Below are positions 1-11,330 of a stretch of 64,000 bases of DNA, in pieces; within the stretch, counting starts at the first letter, position 1; every line of letters starts with the position of its first letter. The translations under genes and the position numbers were made by a program. The DNA is from Microcoleus sp. Its GTDB lineage: Bacteria > Cyanobacteriota > Cyanobacteriia > Cyanobacteriales > Microcoleaceae. Below the pieces are notes generated by a model. That model had not been told where the DNA came from, did not search any database, and saw only the letters and a list, made by a program, of their open reading frames with translations. The stretch spans positions 4,128,001-4,192,000 of the forward strand of contig CP181291.1 in assembly GCA_052279835.1 (NCBI GenBank), in the 5' to 3' direction.

Positions 1-1410
1 GCTCCCATAGCACAAGTAGTCGCAGAAACATCAGAAATTTCTGCACCTGCCATTGTCGAAGCCACCGATGCTTCGCCGACAGCCGAGTCGATCGCCATTC
101 CTGAACCGATAGCTCAACAATTAGAAGTTTCAACCCAACAGGGAGAAATTCCCGAACCTGCCATTTCTGTTCCCGATCCAGAATCGATCGCATCAGAACC
201 AAATCCCACGGCGACAGAAGTCCCAGCCGAAACAGCAGAAGCCCTGCCCTTTTGGGCCAGAGCTCAGGCCGATCGCATGGAACGGATCGAACGGCTCAAA
301 GAAACCGCCCTCGAAGAACCAGAGGTAATTGCAGCAGCAGCAGCCAGAGCTGCAATTATCGAAGAAATTCCCGGTTTTGCCTTTGACGAAGGCTTCCTGT
401 GGTCCTCAGAAATCCTCGCCAGTCAAGGCCGGCGGCCAGATCAAGTATCTGTCGAAGAAATCACTTGGCTGCAAAAACTGCGTAAAGGCTTAGAAAGAAC
501 CCGTCGTAGCTTAATTAATCGACTTAAGGCGATCGTCGGTCAAGGCCCGCTCAATCAAGACGCAGTGGCGGAAATTGAGACTTTATTGCTCCAAGCCGAC
601 GTCGGAGTCGCAGCCACAGACATTATCATCAGTCGCCTCCAAGCCAAACTCTCAGCAGAAGTCCTACCGCCAGAACAGGCCCTAGCCTATCTCAAAACCA
701 TTCTGCGGGACATCCTCGATGCACCCTGTGCCGAAACAGCCGCCGGCAATCCCGCTTACAGTCTGAATTTTGCCCCCGAAAAAGACACCTTCAATATTTG
801 GTTGATTGTCGGAGTTAATGGCGCGGGGAAAACTACAACCATCGGTAAACTTGCCCACATTGCCCAAAAATCAGGATACAAAACTCTGATAGGTGCCGCC
901 GACACTTTCCGTGCCGCCGCCGTCGAACAAGTGAAAGTTTGGGGAGCTCGCAGCGGGGTCGAAATTATTGCCAATCCTGGGAAAAACACCGATCCGGCTG
1001 CTGTAGTCTTTGATGCGATCGCAGCGGCCCAGGCTAGAGATACAGAACTCTTAATCGTAGACACCGCAGGTCGTCTGCAAAACAAAAAAAACTTGATGGA
1101 TGAACTCAGTAAAATCCGTCGCATTGTAGATAAAAAAGCTCCTGGTGCTACCGTAGAATCTCTACTGGTTTTGGATGCCACACTAGGTCAAAATGGTTTG
1201 CGACAGGCCGAAGTTTTCGCAGAGGCTGCAAAATTAAGCGGAGTAGTCTTGACAAAACTCGATGGATCTGCTAAAGGTGGTGTTGCCCTAGCAGTAGTGC
1301 AGCAACTCGGTCTGCCGATCCGGTTTATTGGAGTCGGGGAAAGCATCGAAGACCTACGCCCGTTTTCTAGCTACGAGTTTGTGGAAGCCCTGCTGGATTT
1401 TAGATTCTAG
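1..1410 (+). CDS. ftsY: Signal recognition particle-docking protein FtsY (5' end outside the window)
   Basis: Frame open from base 1 (acidic/Pro-rich N-terminal region); SRP GTPase motifs GVNGAGKTTT, DTFRAAA, DTAGR, TKLDGSAKGG. Confidence 0.97.
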   Translation, partial: APIAQVVAETSEISAPAIVEATDASPTAESIAIPEPIAQQLEVSTQQGEIPEPAISVPDPESIASEPNPTATEVPAETAEALPFWARAQADRMERIERLKETALEEPEVIAAAAARAAIIEEIPGFAFDEGFLWSSEILASQGRRPDQVSVEEITWLQKLRKGLERTRRSLINRLKAIVGQGPLNQDAVAEIETLLLQADVGVAATDIIISRLQAKLSAEVLPPEQALAYLKTILRDILDAPCAETAAGNPAYSLNFAPEKDTFNIWLIVGVNGAGKTTTIGKLAHIAQKSGYKTLIGAADTFRAAAVEQVKVWGARSGVEIIANPGKNTDPAAVVFDAIAAAQARDTELLIVDTAGRLQNKKNLMDELSKIRRIVDKKAPGATVESLLVLDATLGQNGLRQAEVFAEAAKLSGVVLTKLDGSAKGGVALAVVQQLGLPIRFIGVGESIEDLRPFSSYEFVEALLDFRF

Positions 1411-1776
1411 ATTTCAGATTTTTGATTGATGAGGTATCTGTAACCGTCCCAATTTTTTTGAGGCGGACAGGCAGCATAAACATCCAAAATCCTCAACCTA
1501 AAACTAAAATCGTAGGAATTACCTACAGGAACAGGGTTTTCGATGGACAAAGGCTGTGTAAAAGACTAGATTAAGTTGTCGCGCATGGAATTTGTAGGGT
1601 AATTTGAATTTAAATTCTTGTGGCTGGTGTTTCAGCTAGCCACAAAGATACAAATTGTTAAATGCAAAACAGATAATCTAGAAAATCATCTAGAAAAAAA
1701 TCGGGTTTCAGTTCTGCTTCTGTGTAAGTGCTGAATCATTCCTCTTTAATTTAAAATCGAAAATCACAAATCTAAA

Positions 1777-3264
1777 ATGACTGCTGTGCCTTTGCCTCGC
1801 CCCTCACCTCAACCTGCTGACCGCCCTTCTGGTCGCAATTCCATCGACGTGACGCCAGTCTTCGCGCTCAAAGAACTGGTGGCCCGCTTGCACCGCTACC
1901 AGCATAATGTTCAAGATATGTTGAGTTCCCTGGGATTTGCCCTGCGGACTTTTAATAATCTCAATCAATTTTTGGAGCTGGTTCCTTTGGTAGCGACTCG
2001 CGTTACCGATGCCGATGGCGGAGCTTTGGTACTGTTCAAGCCCAACGGTCAAGTCAGGTTTCAGCAGTTGCACTGTCAATCAGGACGGCAGTGTCAAGAT
2101 ATGCGAAAAGCACTGGAAATTGCCACTAAGCAAGTGACAACAGGTGTGGGAACCGGGGCTGAGTTTATGTCGGGTAACTCCGGGCAAACTTCTAGTCTAG
2201 ATATTCAAGTCAGTCGGTTTTTAGGCCCGGATGTTCACTTGTTTGGTGCACCAATTTTACTGAATAATTTGGAACGGGGACGGCTGTACGTTTTTAGCAG
2301 CGAATCCCAATATTTGTTCACCGCAGGGAGACAGAAATTAGTCCGTTTGGTGGCAGATCAAACCGCAGTTGCGATCGCCAAAGATGAGCTAAATGTTAAA
2401 TTGGCAGAGAAAGAGCGTTTAGACAGAGAGTTGGAAATTGGTGCAGAAATTCAACTGCGACTCTTGCCTCGTAGTTGCCCCAAAATTCCCGGTCTAGATG
2501 TGGCCGCCCGCTGTCAAACAGCTAGCAGAGTTGGCGGAGATTATTATGATTTTATTCCCGCCGACTATGACCCCATAGGCAAGGAACAGGAGTCAGAACA
2601 TACCCCATCCTTGATCAAAAATCTCAAGTCAAAAATGGACAAGGGTCGCTGGAGTGTTGTCATCGGTGATGTCATGGGTAAGGGAGTACCCGCTGGTCTG
2701 TTGATGACGATGACACGCGGTATGCTGCGGGCAGAGGTTTTGAACCGCCACTCCCCGGCCAGAATTCTGCAACATTTAAACCGGGTAATGCACGCGGATT
2801 TGGAAAATTCCCACCGTTTTGTGACTCTGTTTTATTCTGAGTATGACCCGAAAACTCGGACTCTTTCTTACAGTAATGCTGCTCATCACCCGCCTTTGCT
2901 TTGGCAAGCAGCCACTAATTCTATTGAGAGACTCGATACTCTCGAAGGGATGCTAATTGGCTTGGATGCTGATTCGCGCTACCAAGAGGCCCAGGTACAA
3001 TTGCAGCCGGGAGATACTATTATTTATTACACCGATGGTTTTACTGATGCTGCCAATCAAGTTGGGGAGCGCTTTGATGAGGACAATTTGACGGAAGCTT
3101 TTCAATGGGCTTGTCAAAATTATCATGAGTCTGAGCAAATTTTGAACTATTTGTTCGATCGAGTTCACCAGTTTATCGGCATGGGCAACCAAAATGGAGA
3201 CGATATGACACTGGTTGTAATGAGAGTAACACCTGCTACAGAAGAAAATCACCATGATAGTTAA
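1777..3264 (+). CDS. GAF domain + PP2C/SpoIIE (RsbU-like) protein phosphatase
   Basis: VGGDYYD, IGDVMGKG, YTDG and DDMTLVV PP2C motifs; N-terminal GAF-like region. Confidence 0.92.
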   Translation: MTAVPLPRPSPQPADRPSGRNSIDVTPVFALKELVARLHRYQHNVQDMLSSLGFALRTFNNLNQFLELVPLVATRVTDADGGALVLFKPNGQVRFQQLHCQSGRQCQDMRKALEIATKQVTTGVGTGAEFMSGNSGQTSSLDIQVSRFLGPDVHLFGAPILLNNLERGRLYVFSSESQYLFTAGRQKLVRLVADQTAVAIAKDELNVKLAEKERLDRELEIGAEIQLRLLPRSCPKIPGLDVAARCQTASRVGGDYYDFIPADYDPIGKEQESEHTPSLIKNLKSKMDKGRWSVVIGDVMGKGVPAGLLMTMTRGMLRAEVLNRHSPARILQHLNRVMHADLENSHRFVTLFYSEYDPKTRTLSYSNAAHHPPLLWQAATNSIERLDTLEGMLIGLDADSRYQEAQVQLQPGDTIIYYTDGFTDAANQVGERFDEDNLTEAFQWACQNYHESEQILNYLFDRVHQFIGMGNQNGDDMTLVVMRVTPATEENHHDS

Positions 3265-3493
3265 TTTGATGATTGAAACAACGGTTGGATTGAGTAGCTG
3301 GATTAATTGGAACGATGCGGTGGATTTATTAGTTTGGAAATCTCATTTAAGTTCGACTGTGATTTTGGGTCAAAGCTATGAGATTTTTAGTAATATTCAG
3401 AAGTCTTGGAACCATTTTGTGTCTAGTGGTCAAATAGCTGCTTTTGGTATAGGGCTATTTGTGGGCTGGTTCATTAAGGGAATATTCCGTTAG
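3254..3493 (+). CDS. Small hypothetical membrane protein
   Basis: Overlaps the upstream stop; C-terminal hydrophobic helix GQIAAFGIGLFVGWFI. Confidence 0.6.
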   Translation: MIVNLMIETTVGLSSWINWNDAVDLLVWKSHLSSTVILGQSYEIFSNIQKSWNHFVSSGQIAAFGIGLFVGWFIKGIFR

Positions 3494-3594
3494 TAAGTCA
3501 GCCAACTTCCAAAAAATGAAGGCCCAGAAACCCGACTTCTTTAATTGCTGCGGGATTCTAACAGAAGGATGAAAGTATAAAATTTATTGCTTCT

Positions 3595-3676
3595 TTTTCA
3601 TTCTTCCTTCTTCCTTCCTTCCTTCTTCCTTCCTTCCTTCCTTCTTCCTTCCTTCATTCTTCATTCTTCCTTCTTC
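3595..3676. repeat. Short tandem (TTCCTTC)n STRR-like repeat; relatives near 15850-15965, 31445-31473 and 49958-50008
   Basis: Directly visible tandem heptamer/tetramer runs. Confidence 0.9.
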
Positions 3677-3698
3677 AACATCTGCTATATCTTCAAAA

Positions 3699-5087
3699 AT
3701 GACAAAACAACAAACAACTTGGAGTCAAAGATTTGAATCGGCACTGCACCCAGCTATCGTGCGATTCAATGCGAGTATTGGTTTTGATATTGAACTGATT
3801 GAGTACGACTTGACGGGTTCGGTGGCTCATGCTAAGATGCTGGCCAAAACTGGGATTATTTCAGATGCAGAAGGTGAACAATTAGTCAATGGTTTGGAAC
3901 AGATTCGTCAGGAATACCAAAAAGGACTGTTTGTACCGGGTATTGACTCAGAAGATGTTCATTTTGCAGTAGAGAAGCGACTGACGGAAATAGTCGGTGA
4001 TGCAGGGAAAAAATTGCACACGGCTCGATCGCGCAACGATCAAGCAGGTACTGATACTCGTTTGTATTTGCGCGACAAAATTGACCAAATCCGCCAGCAG
4101 TTGCGGGAATTTCAAGGGGTTTTGCTAGATATTGCTGAGCAAAATGTGGAAACTTTAATTCCAGGTTATACGCACTTGCAGCGCGCTCAACCAATTAGCT
4201 TGGCTCATTACCTGTTAGCTTATTTTCAAATGAGCGATCGCGACTGGGAACGCCTCGGCGATGTTAGCAAACGTGTTAATATTTCGCCTCTGGGTTGCAG
4301 TGCGCTGGCGGGGACTACTTTCCCGATCGACCGGCACTATACCGCCGAACTATTGCATTTTGACAGAGTTTATGATAATAGCTTAGATGGAGTTAGCGAT
4401 CGAGATTTCGCCATCGAATTTCTCGCAGCCGCCAGCTTGATCATGGTACACCTGAGTCGCTTGTCCGAAGAAATGATTCTCTGGTCGTCTCACGAGTTTG
4501 GATTTATTTCACTCAAAGATAGTTGCGCTACCGGTTCGAGCATTATGCCACAGAAAAAAAATCCTGACGTACCCGAATTGGTGCGGGGTAAGGCAGGGCG
4601 AGTTTTCGGTAACTTGCAGGCGATGCTGGTAGTGATGAAGGGACTCCCTTTAGCCTATAACAAAGACTTACAAGAAGATAAAGAAGCTTTGTTTGACAGC
4701 GTGAAAACGGTACAAGCTTGTTTGGAAGCAATGACGATTTTGCTGCGGGAAGGCATCGCGTTTAACAGCGATCGCCTCGCCGCGGCCGTTACAGAAGACT
4801 TTTCCAACGCTACAGATGTAGCCGACTATCTAGCCACTAAAGGCATTCCCTTCCGGGAAGCTTATAACCTCGTGGGCAAAGTTGTCAAAACTTGTCTGTT
4901 GGGGGGCAAACTCCTCAAAGATTTGACACTTGAGGAGTGGAAAGAATTGCACCCAGCTTTTGAAACCGACATTTACAGCGCGATCGCACCTCAGCAAGTG
5001 GTAGCGGCTCGCAATAGTTACGGGGGTACCGGGTTTGAACAAGTGAGGAAATCACTGACTGCTGCGCGCGATCGGCTCAACGATTAA
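3699..5087 (+). CDS. argH: Argininosuccinate lyase
   Basis: [12 protein letters not shown] signature, [19 protein letters not shown]. Confidence 0.98.
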   Translation: MTKQQTTWSQRFESALHPAIVRFNASIGFDIELIEYDLTGSVAHAKMLAKTGIISDAEGEQLVNGLEQIRQEYQKGLFVPGIDSEDVHFAVEKRLTEIVGDAGKKLHTARSRNDQAGTDTRLYLRDKIDQIRQQLREFQGVLLDIAEQNVETLIPGYTHLQRAQPISLAHYLLAYFQMSDRDWERLGDVSKRVNISPLGCSALAGTTFPIDRHYTAELLHFDRVYDNSLDGVSDRDFAIEFLAAASLIMVHLSRLSEEMILWSSHEFGFISLKDSCATGSSIMPQKKNPDVPELVRGKAGRVFGNLQAMLVVMKGLPLAYNKDLQEDKEALFDSVKTVQACLEAMTILLREGIAFNSDRLAAAVTEDFSNATDVADYLATKGIPFREAYNLVGKVVKTCLLGGKLLKDLTLEEWKELHPAFETDIYSAIAPQQVVAARNSYGGTGFEQVRKSLTAARDRLND

Positions 5088-5275
5088 TCTTCAGCGGCAG
5101 CCATATCTTTGTCTCTGCCGCTACCAGTCATGGCGCCCATGCCACCACCGTTGCCTCCGTCAAATCGCCTTCTCTTGTTAGAGAACATATCTTGATTTCT
5201 GCGCTTGCGAAACTTGCGGGCGTATGCTTGATTTCGTTGTGCCTTCTCTTTCTTGAGATTACGGCGTTTAGCCAT
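5084..5275 (-). CDS. Small basic hypothetical protein ([15 protein letters not shown]...)
   Basis: ATG at 5275 preceded by GAGG; the longer ORF call to 5320 runs into an IS end. Confidence 0.7.
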   Translation of the reverse strand: MAKRRNLKKEKAQRNQAYARKFRKRRNQDMFSNKRRRFDGGNGGGMGAMTGSGRDKDMAAAED

Positions 5276-5295
5276 TCTGACCTCACTAATAAACA

Positions 5296-5614
5296 TTGAC
5301 AGTCCCCGGTCTAAAGACACGGGGATTCTTAAGACTTTGCAGCCTGAATATCCCTATTGCTAAGGTTTCCGGGCGCAATCCTTTCGCCAAAAAAACTGGC
5401 GGTCTGCTATCCTAGCATTGCAACTAGCTCCTCGGTCGTAACTTTCCCCCAGTCCAAGGGTAGGTTTTAATGTCTTGTACTGACAATTGCAATTTTACCA
5501 CGCCAAAACAAGGTGTTAACATGATTTGGCCTGATAGTCAATCAAGGCAGGATGATCGTGTAACTGCCTTTGTCTCCCTGAATTAACATCCAGGGGGTTT
5601 TCAGGCTATTCTTT
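5296..5614 (-). mobile_element. Non-autonomous IS200/IS605-derived element (both ends, no ORF)
   Basis: Minus strand ends GAATCCCCGTGTCTTTAGACCGGGGACTGTCAA, like the right end of the tnpB element at 41035; left-end-like hairpin at about 5575-5605. Confidence 0.7.
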
Positions 5615-5983
5615 ATAACTAATATTCCTGAATTCAGGAGATACATTTAACAGATAGCGTGACTTGTAGATCATAGCAGGCTATAGGCAAAATTGAAAAA
5701 AAAAATCAAAAAACTCTTGACAAATACGACAAATGATAATACAACCGGGTGACTTAGCTCCTGAGTTCTGTTGGCTCGATGGTGGGAGTAATTTTATGCC
5801 TCTGGCAGATTTTCGATAGCATCAAATTATACTCTAGTTTGAGCGATATCTGCTACGGATTCCCCAAAAAATATTGGAAAAAAATTCAGAGGTCATCACT
5901 CAAACTACGTTGGCGATCGACCCTGATGGTACGATTGGAAAAGTTTAAAATTTCCGAACCCTCTTCCCAAAGCTTGTGAGTTT

Positions 5984-6439
5984 ATGCGTCGATTGTGGCA
6001 GATTGGACAAACCGTGCTAGGACTAATATTTCGACATCCCGTCACTGGTACTGGCATTATCCCCCTATTACCTGATGGTCGAATTGTCCTAATTCGTCGG
6101 CGTGACAACGGTTGCTGGGCACTGCCGGGAGGTATGGTTGATTGGGGCGAAAATATTACGACTACAGTCCGCCGGGAATTGGCTGAAGAAACAGGGCTAG
6201 AGCTGGTAAAAATCCGCCGTTTGGTGGGGGTATACTCAGATCCCGATCGCGATCCTCGACTTCACTCTATTTGTATCGTTGTCGAAGCAGAAGTCCAGGG
6301 AACAATTCAAATTCAGGATACCCTCGAAATCAGCCAAGTAGAAGCTTTTTTACCCACATCCCTACCGAGCGGCGAATTCAGCCACGATAGCGACAAGCAT
6401 TTGCAGGACTATTTTCAAGGTCTGACAATTGTAAATTGA
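5984..6439 (+). CDS. NUDIX hydrolase
   Basis: Nudix box GGMVDWGENITTTVRRELAEETG. Confidence 0.95.
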   Translation: MRRLWQIGQTVLGLIFRHPVTGTGIIPLLPDGRIVLIRRRDNGCWALPGGMVDWGENITTTVRRELAEETGLELVKIRRLVGVYSDPDRDPRLHSICIVVEAEVQGTIQIQDTLEISQVEAFLPTSLPSGEFSHDSDKHLQDYFQGLTIVN

Positions 6440-6540
6440 AACGAAGTGCAGCTAGATTTTAGTCAAATTTTGAATCAATTTTTATAAACAACCACTCAAC
6501 CTTGGATGAAGGTTCTTTTGATTAATGAATATTTAACCGG

Positions 6541-7353
6541 ATGTACTCACAGCTACGAAATTCTCGCATCAAACTTTCTTTAGGACAAATATTCTGGCAC
6601 GAAGTCGGTCAGGGGCCAAACTTGGTGTTTTTGCACGGTTCTTGGGACAACAGCAATCAGTGGCTGAAGACGATCGAATATTTATGTCCCCAGTACCACT
6701 GTTTCGCACCAGATTTACTGGGATTTGGCGATTCAGAACGCCCTAAGATGAATTATTCCATCGACCTCGAAGTAGAATGTCTCGCCCAATACTTAGACAC
6801 GTTAAATCTGCAAGAGGTTTATTTGATTGGTCACTCCTTGGGTGGCTGGGTAGCCACTAGCTACGCCCTCAAATATCCCGATCGAGTCAAAGGTTTGGTG
6901 TTGTTAGCGCCCGAAGGAGTGAATGCCGGCACTAGGCGAGGACGCTGGCAGATGGCTAGGTTGCTGACGGGTACACCTCCTATGGCTTACTGGCTGCTGC
7001 GATCGATTTATCCCATTGCTAAGTTGTTTGGTAGTCCCAATAAGATTGAGGAGCTACTCAAATTCAGAAAAGAGTTGATAGGTTCCCCAGTGGCGATGAA
7101 ATTGCTATTTAGACGGCGACGAGCCGAAATTAAGGCAGAGTTGGTGGATGAGAAGTTGTCTGAGCTGACAACTCCTTTATTGTTGTTACAGGAATCTCAA
7201 CATCAGGCTCATGCTTCCTCGTCTCTGTGTCAGTCCTATGCTGCTTTGGCGACGAGGGCAGAGATTGAATTTATCAATTCTGAGAGCATAAATTTACTGG
7301 TAGAATACCCGGATTTGGTGGCAAAGTATATTGGGGAATTTGCCAAGCATTGA
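6541..7353 (+). CDS. Alpha/beta-fold hydrolase
   Basis: FLHG, DLLGFGDS and nucleophile elbow GHSLGG. Confidence 0.93.
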   Translation: MYSQLRNSRIKLSLGQIFWHEVGQGPNLVFLHGSWDNSNQWLKTIEYLCPQYHCFAPDLLGFGDSERPKMNYSIDLEVECLAQYLDTLNLQEVYLIGHSLGGWVATSYALKYPDRVKGLVLLAPEGVNAGTRRGRWQMARLLTGTPPMAYWLLRSIYPIAKLFGSPNKIEELLKFRKELIGSPVAMKLLFRRRRAEIKAELVDEKLSELTTPLLLLQESQHQAHASSSLCQSYAALATRAEIEFINSESINLLVEYPDLVAKYIGEFAKH

Positions 7354-7357
7354 AATC

Positions 7358-8176
7358 TCAACTCACAAATTGATTGAGACCCCAAAAAATAGCTTCTGGG
7401 GTGTCAATTACCCTGGCAGCGGTGTCAGGAAAGGTGGTGGCGAGATATTGTAACAACAAAGTGCGATCGCCCCCTGTCAAGGCTATGTGACTATTAGGAA
7501 ACAAGCCCAGCCAATCTTCAATAAAATCATTGACGGCTGCTACCACACCGCGCACCACTCCGCTAACCATGGCGCTCTCGGTATCCCCAGCCCAGCGCCC
7601 AGTCAGGCGATCTGGTAACATCACTACAGGTAAACCAGCAGTTTTCTCTCCCAGAGACCACAATTGCAACCCTAAACCCGGTAGAATAGCGCCCCCAACT
7701 AAACGCCTATTGACATCGGCTCCAGTAAATGTTAAAGCTGTACCAGTATCTATAACTAAGATTGGCCAACCTAATTGGGTGCCAGCACCCAATAAAGTCA
7801 AAGCTCTGTCAATTCCCAGCGTCGGATAGAGTCCCTCGATCGGTAACTGGTCTAAAGTAATAATTCGGCTATCGGGATAACTCTGCCAAAGTGTGGTTTG
7901 ATCTGGCACTACTGAAGCCAACACTAGAGGTAATACACCCAACTCTGGTTTGCCAAGTGGCGCAATTTCAGGATTAGTAGAAATGAGCTTTTGAGCAGAT
8001 TGTTTCTCGATCGACTCGATTACTGTCCGCACTAGAAATTCGGTCATTTCATCCTGAGATAGATGCTGCACAGCCTGAATACTCAAATGCTTTGTCTCCC
8101 ATGTTTTTTGGAGATTTTTGCCCTTGAATAATCCCCAGTGCAAACGGGAATTGCCGATCGCCAAAGCTATGGTCAT
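7358..8176 (-). CDS. coaX: Type III pantothenate kinase (start may extend to 8257)
   Basis: IGNSRLHW, LGIDR, VIDTGTALT, GGAILPG, TGGD motifs. Confidence 0.92.
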   Translation of the reverse strand: MTIALAIGNSRLHWGLFKGKNLQKTWETKHLSIQAVQHLSQDEMTEFLVRTVIESIEKQSAQKLISTNPEIAPLGKPELGVLPLVLASVVPDQTTLWQSYPDSRIITLDQLPIEGLYPTLGIDRALTLLGAGTQLGWPILVIDTGTALTFTGADVNRRLVGGAILPGLGLQLWSLGEKTAGLPVVMLPDRLTGRWAGDTESAMVSGVVRGVVAAVNDFIEDWLGLFPNSHIALTGGDRTLLLQYLATTFPDTAARVIDTPEAIFWGLNQFVS

Positions 8177-8657
8177 CTCCGTTTTACTATTTAATCCAGA
8201 GATAAAATTGACAGTGTTTGTTGGCGGGGAGAATTTTTTAGCACTTGGGTTTGTCATCTTGATTAACAGAGTAGACTTAAATAAAGATTGAACTAAAGAT
8301 GGATTTTAGGTAGTTTTTTAAATCTAAAATCGGCGGTTGACTCTAATATACCTCTCCCATATTTTTTGTGGAACAGCCACGAAACCCCGATCGAAAAAAG
8401 GATTTAAGACAGAGGGAGAATTGACATCTTTTATTCAACTAGCGCCGGTTGATAATTAGTAAGAGCTACTACAGAATGTTGGTGAAAGCGTTATTATAAG
8501 TATAATGTAAAGCGAGCGTAGCTAAGCTAGAGCTGCATCCTTTATAATATTTAAGAATAGACAACAGTCCGGGTAAGTTTGCTAAGGCTGTTGGTGGGGT
8601 AAGCATAGGTATAAAAGACCAGACCAAATAAAGATAGTTCACAAAATCTGAGTAAAT

Positions 8658-10754
8658 ATGTCTTTAAAGATACATCAAAAAAAAACCTCGCCAAAATCAA
8701 CTTCCACGTTGCCTGAAGCAGACAAATGGAGACAAGAAGCAGGTCTTTCGTTACCCGAAATAAACGCACAAAAAGCCCTGATCGTGCAGATGCAGCAGCA
8801 AGTTCAACTATCAAATTTGCTGAACCAAATTAACAACGAAATTCGTAGCACTCTTGACATAGAACAAATTCTAACATCGGCGTGCCGATTGCTGGGTCAA
8901 GCGCTAAATTGTAGCCGAGCGAGCATTTTAGTCAAAGAATCAAATACAGACAAAACCTTGATTACGCGAGGAGAATACAACGCGGGAGACTATCCCATAC
9001 AGTTAGGTATGAAAGTACCGGTGGTGGGCAACCCGCACTTGGAAGCGATTATATCTCAACAAGAGTCCCTAGCCGTCACCAAGTTTATCGATTTTCCAGG
9101 ATTGAACGAACGCAGTAGAAAAATAGCCCTAGATTTAGAAATTAAGTCTATGCTGGCAGTAGCTACTCGTTACCAAGGAGAAGTGAATGGAGTAATTGGG
9201 CTGCACCAGTGCGATCGCGAACGGGAATGGACGGATTGGGAACGACAGTTGTTAGAAGGGGTGGCTTCCCAATTGGCGATCGCCATCAATCAAGCTAAAT
9301 TGTATAGCCAAACCCTGCGCCAAGCCGAACAGGAATCGCTGTTGCGGCTGATCGGCAACCAAATTCGTAGTACCCTAGACCTCAATACCATCCTAGACAC
9401 AGCAGTCAGAGAAGTCCGTCAACTTTTGCAGTGCGATCGGGTAATTATCTATCAATTTCAAGACAACTGGCGGGGAAAAGTAGTCGTTGAAGACATGAGT
9501 GTTCCTTGGCCTTCAATTTTAGGAGATATGGGAGCAGACAAGTGTTTTAAGGGGGATTATGCCGATTTTTACCAGCAAGGACGAGTCAGAGCAATCAATG
9601 ATGTGTTTAATGCCAATTTAGAGCCTTGTCACATAGACTTTTTAGATAGCTTGCAGGTAAAAGCGAATCTGATCGTACCCATTGTCACATCGAGAAATCC
9701 CGAAAAATCACCCAAAAATTCCCTAAACTCTGCTCCCGAATTACCCGGTAGGCTGTGGGGCTTGCTAATTGCTCACGAGTGTGGCGATATTCGGAATTGG
9801 GAGCAGCAAGAAATGGAGTTACTGTCGCAAATAGCAGACCAAATGGCGATCGCCATTCAGCAAGCCGAACTCTACAGCCAAGTCCAAGCAGCAGCCGTAA
9901 AATCCCAAGCTCAAACCCAACAGTTACAGGCTACATTAGAAGAACTGCGATCGACTCAACAGCAATTAATTCAAAGTGAAAAAATGTCCGGTTTGGGGCA
10001 AATGGTGGCAGGAATTGCCCACGAAATTAACAACGCCAATAATTTCATTCACGCTAACTTGTTTCACACCCAAGAATATGTCAAAACCTTAACAGAAGCC
10101 CTGGAATTCTGTGCCAAAGCTTGCCCAGAAGCAGGAGATGCCCTGGCCCAAATCAATGAAGAACTAGAACTAGATTACATTCGCCAAGACTTTCCACCCT
10201 TGCTCAATTCAATGATAGAAGGCAGCACCCGGATTCGCTCAATCGTGACCACACTACGGAGTTTTTCTCGCTTAGACCACTCCGAATTTAAAGCTGTTGA
10301 TTTGAATGAAGGTTTAGAAAGTAGTTTGTTGATGCTGCAAAACAAAGTAAAACCACAGATAAAAATTAATAAATTTTACGACAAACTACCAACCGTTAAA
10401 TGTCATGCAGGTCAAATCAATCAAGTATTTTATAACTTGATTGACAATGCTTTAGATGCCATAAATTCCACGAAAAAACCAGGAGAATTAACGATTCGCA
10501 CCCAGCTTAAGGAAACCGGGTGGGTAACAATTTCTATCAGCGACAATGGCCCCGGCATTCCTGCGGAAATTCAGAGCAAAATTTTCGATCCATTTTTTAC
10601 TACTAAACCTGTAGGAAAAGGCACGGGTTTGGGACTATCAGTATGTTACCAAGTGATTGTTCAAGCTCACGGTGGCAAGATTAACTGTATCAGTAAAGTT
10701 GGCCAAGGAACCGAATTAATTGTGGAGTTACCCCTCGCAAATCAGAAAGGTTAG
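8658..10754 (+). CDS. GAF-GAF sensor histidine kinase; second GAF is cyanobacteriochrome-like (DXCF)
   Basis: Two GAF repeats; DKCF and PCH motifs in GAF2; H-box AHEINN; DNGPGI, FDPFFTTK, GTGLGL. Confidence 0.9.
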   Translation: MSLKIHQKKTSPKSTSTLPEADKWRQEAGLSLPEINAQKALIVQMQQQVQLSNLLNQINNEIRSTLDIEQILTSACRLLGQALNCSRASILVKESNTDKTLITRGEYNAGDYPIQLGMKVPVVGNPHLEAIISQQESLAVTKFIDFPGLNERSRKIALDLEIKSMLAVATRYQGEVNGVIGLHQCDREREWTDWERQLLEGVASQLAIAINQAKLYSQTLRQAEQESLLRLIGNQIRSTLDLNTILDTAVREVRQLLQCDRVIIYQFQDNWRGKVVVEDMSVPWPSILGDMGADKCFKGDYADFYQQGRVRAINDVFNANLEPCHIDFLDSLQVKANLIVPIVTSRNPEKSPKNSLNSAPELPGRLWGLLIAHECGDIRNWEQQEMELLSQIADQMAIAIQQAELYSQVQAAAVKSQAQTQQLQATLEELRSTQQQLIQSEKMSGLGQMVAGIAHEINNANNFIHANLFHTQEYVKTLTEALEFCAKACPEAGDALAQINEELELDYIRQDFPPLLNSMIEGSTRIRSIVTTLRSFSRLDHSEFKAVDLNEGLESSLLMLQNKVKPQIKINKFYDKLPTVKCHAGQINQVFYNLIDNALDAINSTKKPGELTIRTQLKETGWVTISISDNGPGIPAEIQSKIFDPFFTTKPVGKGTGLGLSVCYQVIVQAHGGKINCISKVGQGTELIVELPLANQKG

Positions 10755-10929
10755 ATTCCTAAAAAGCTTGTGGTACGAACCAGGAGCGCACAGCCAAAAG
10801 CCACAGCCAAGCCCCTAGAGTTGAGGGCTAAAGCCTCACAGCAGGGCTATCATGCCGAATCGATCAGATTTTGACATTCGGCAAAATTTCCGGATCAAAG
10901 TTATTGATGATGAAAGTTAAGTATCTCTA

Positions 10930-11003
10930 TTAGACATCTCCCCTAATTATTGTGGAATAGGCTGGATAGCCTGTTCGACACAGGCTTTTTGGGAGACGTC
11001 TAT
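10930..11003. mobile_element. Tiny MITE-like element
   Basis: Terminal inverted repeats TAGACATCTCCC / GGGAGACGTCTA around an internal hairpin; related half-element near 36295-36338. Confidence 0.55.
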
Positions 11004-11330
11004 TAAGTATGGGCAAGTAATTGTACCAATTTTAAAAAAGAATGCAACAGTAGTCTTGTCCCTCCCCTTTATAAGGGGGGGTTAGGGGGGGTCAAAGATT
11101 GTTGCACGATTTTAGAGAAATGGTATTACCTACAACATTTAAACAGGGGCAATCAAGCCTTCAGATGCTTATTGGGCAAGCATTTGGATGGTATAAAAAT
11201 TGTTGATTAATTGGCTTGCACGTACTTAGAGCTAATGTTTTGTGGCAGTGAATGACAACTATAAAGAAAGTCCCAATTCTGGTTTTCAGTCACTTCTAAT
11301 GCTTAATTACTCATCCTCAAAATAGAAACT

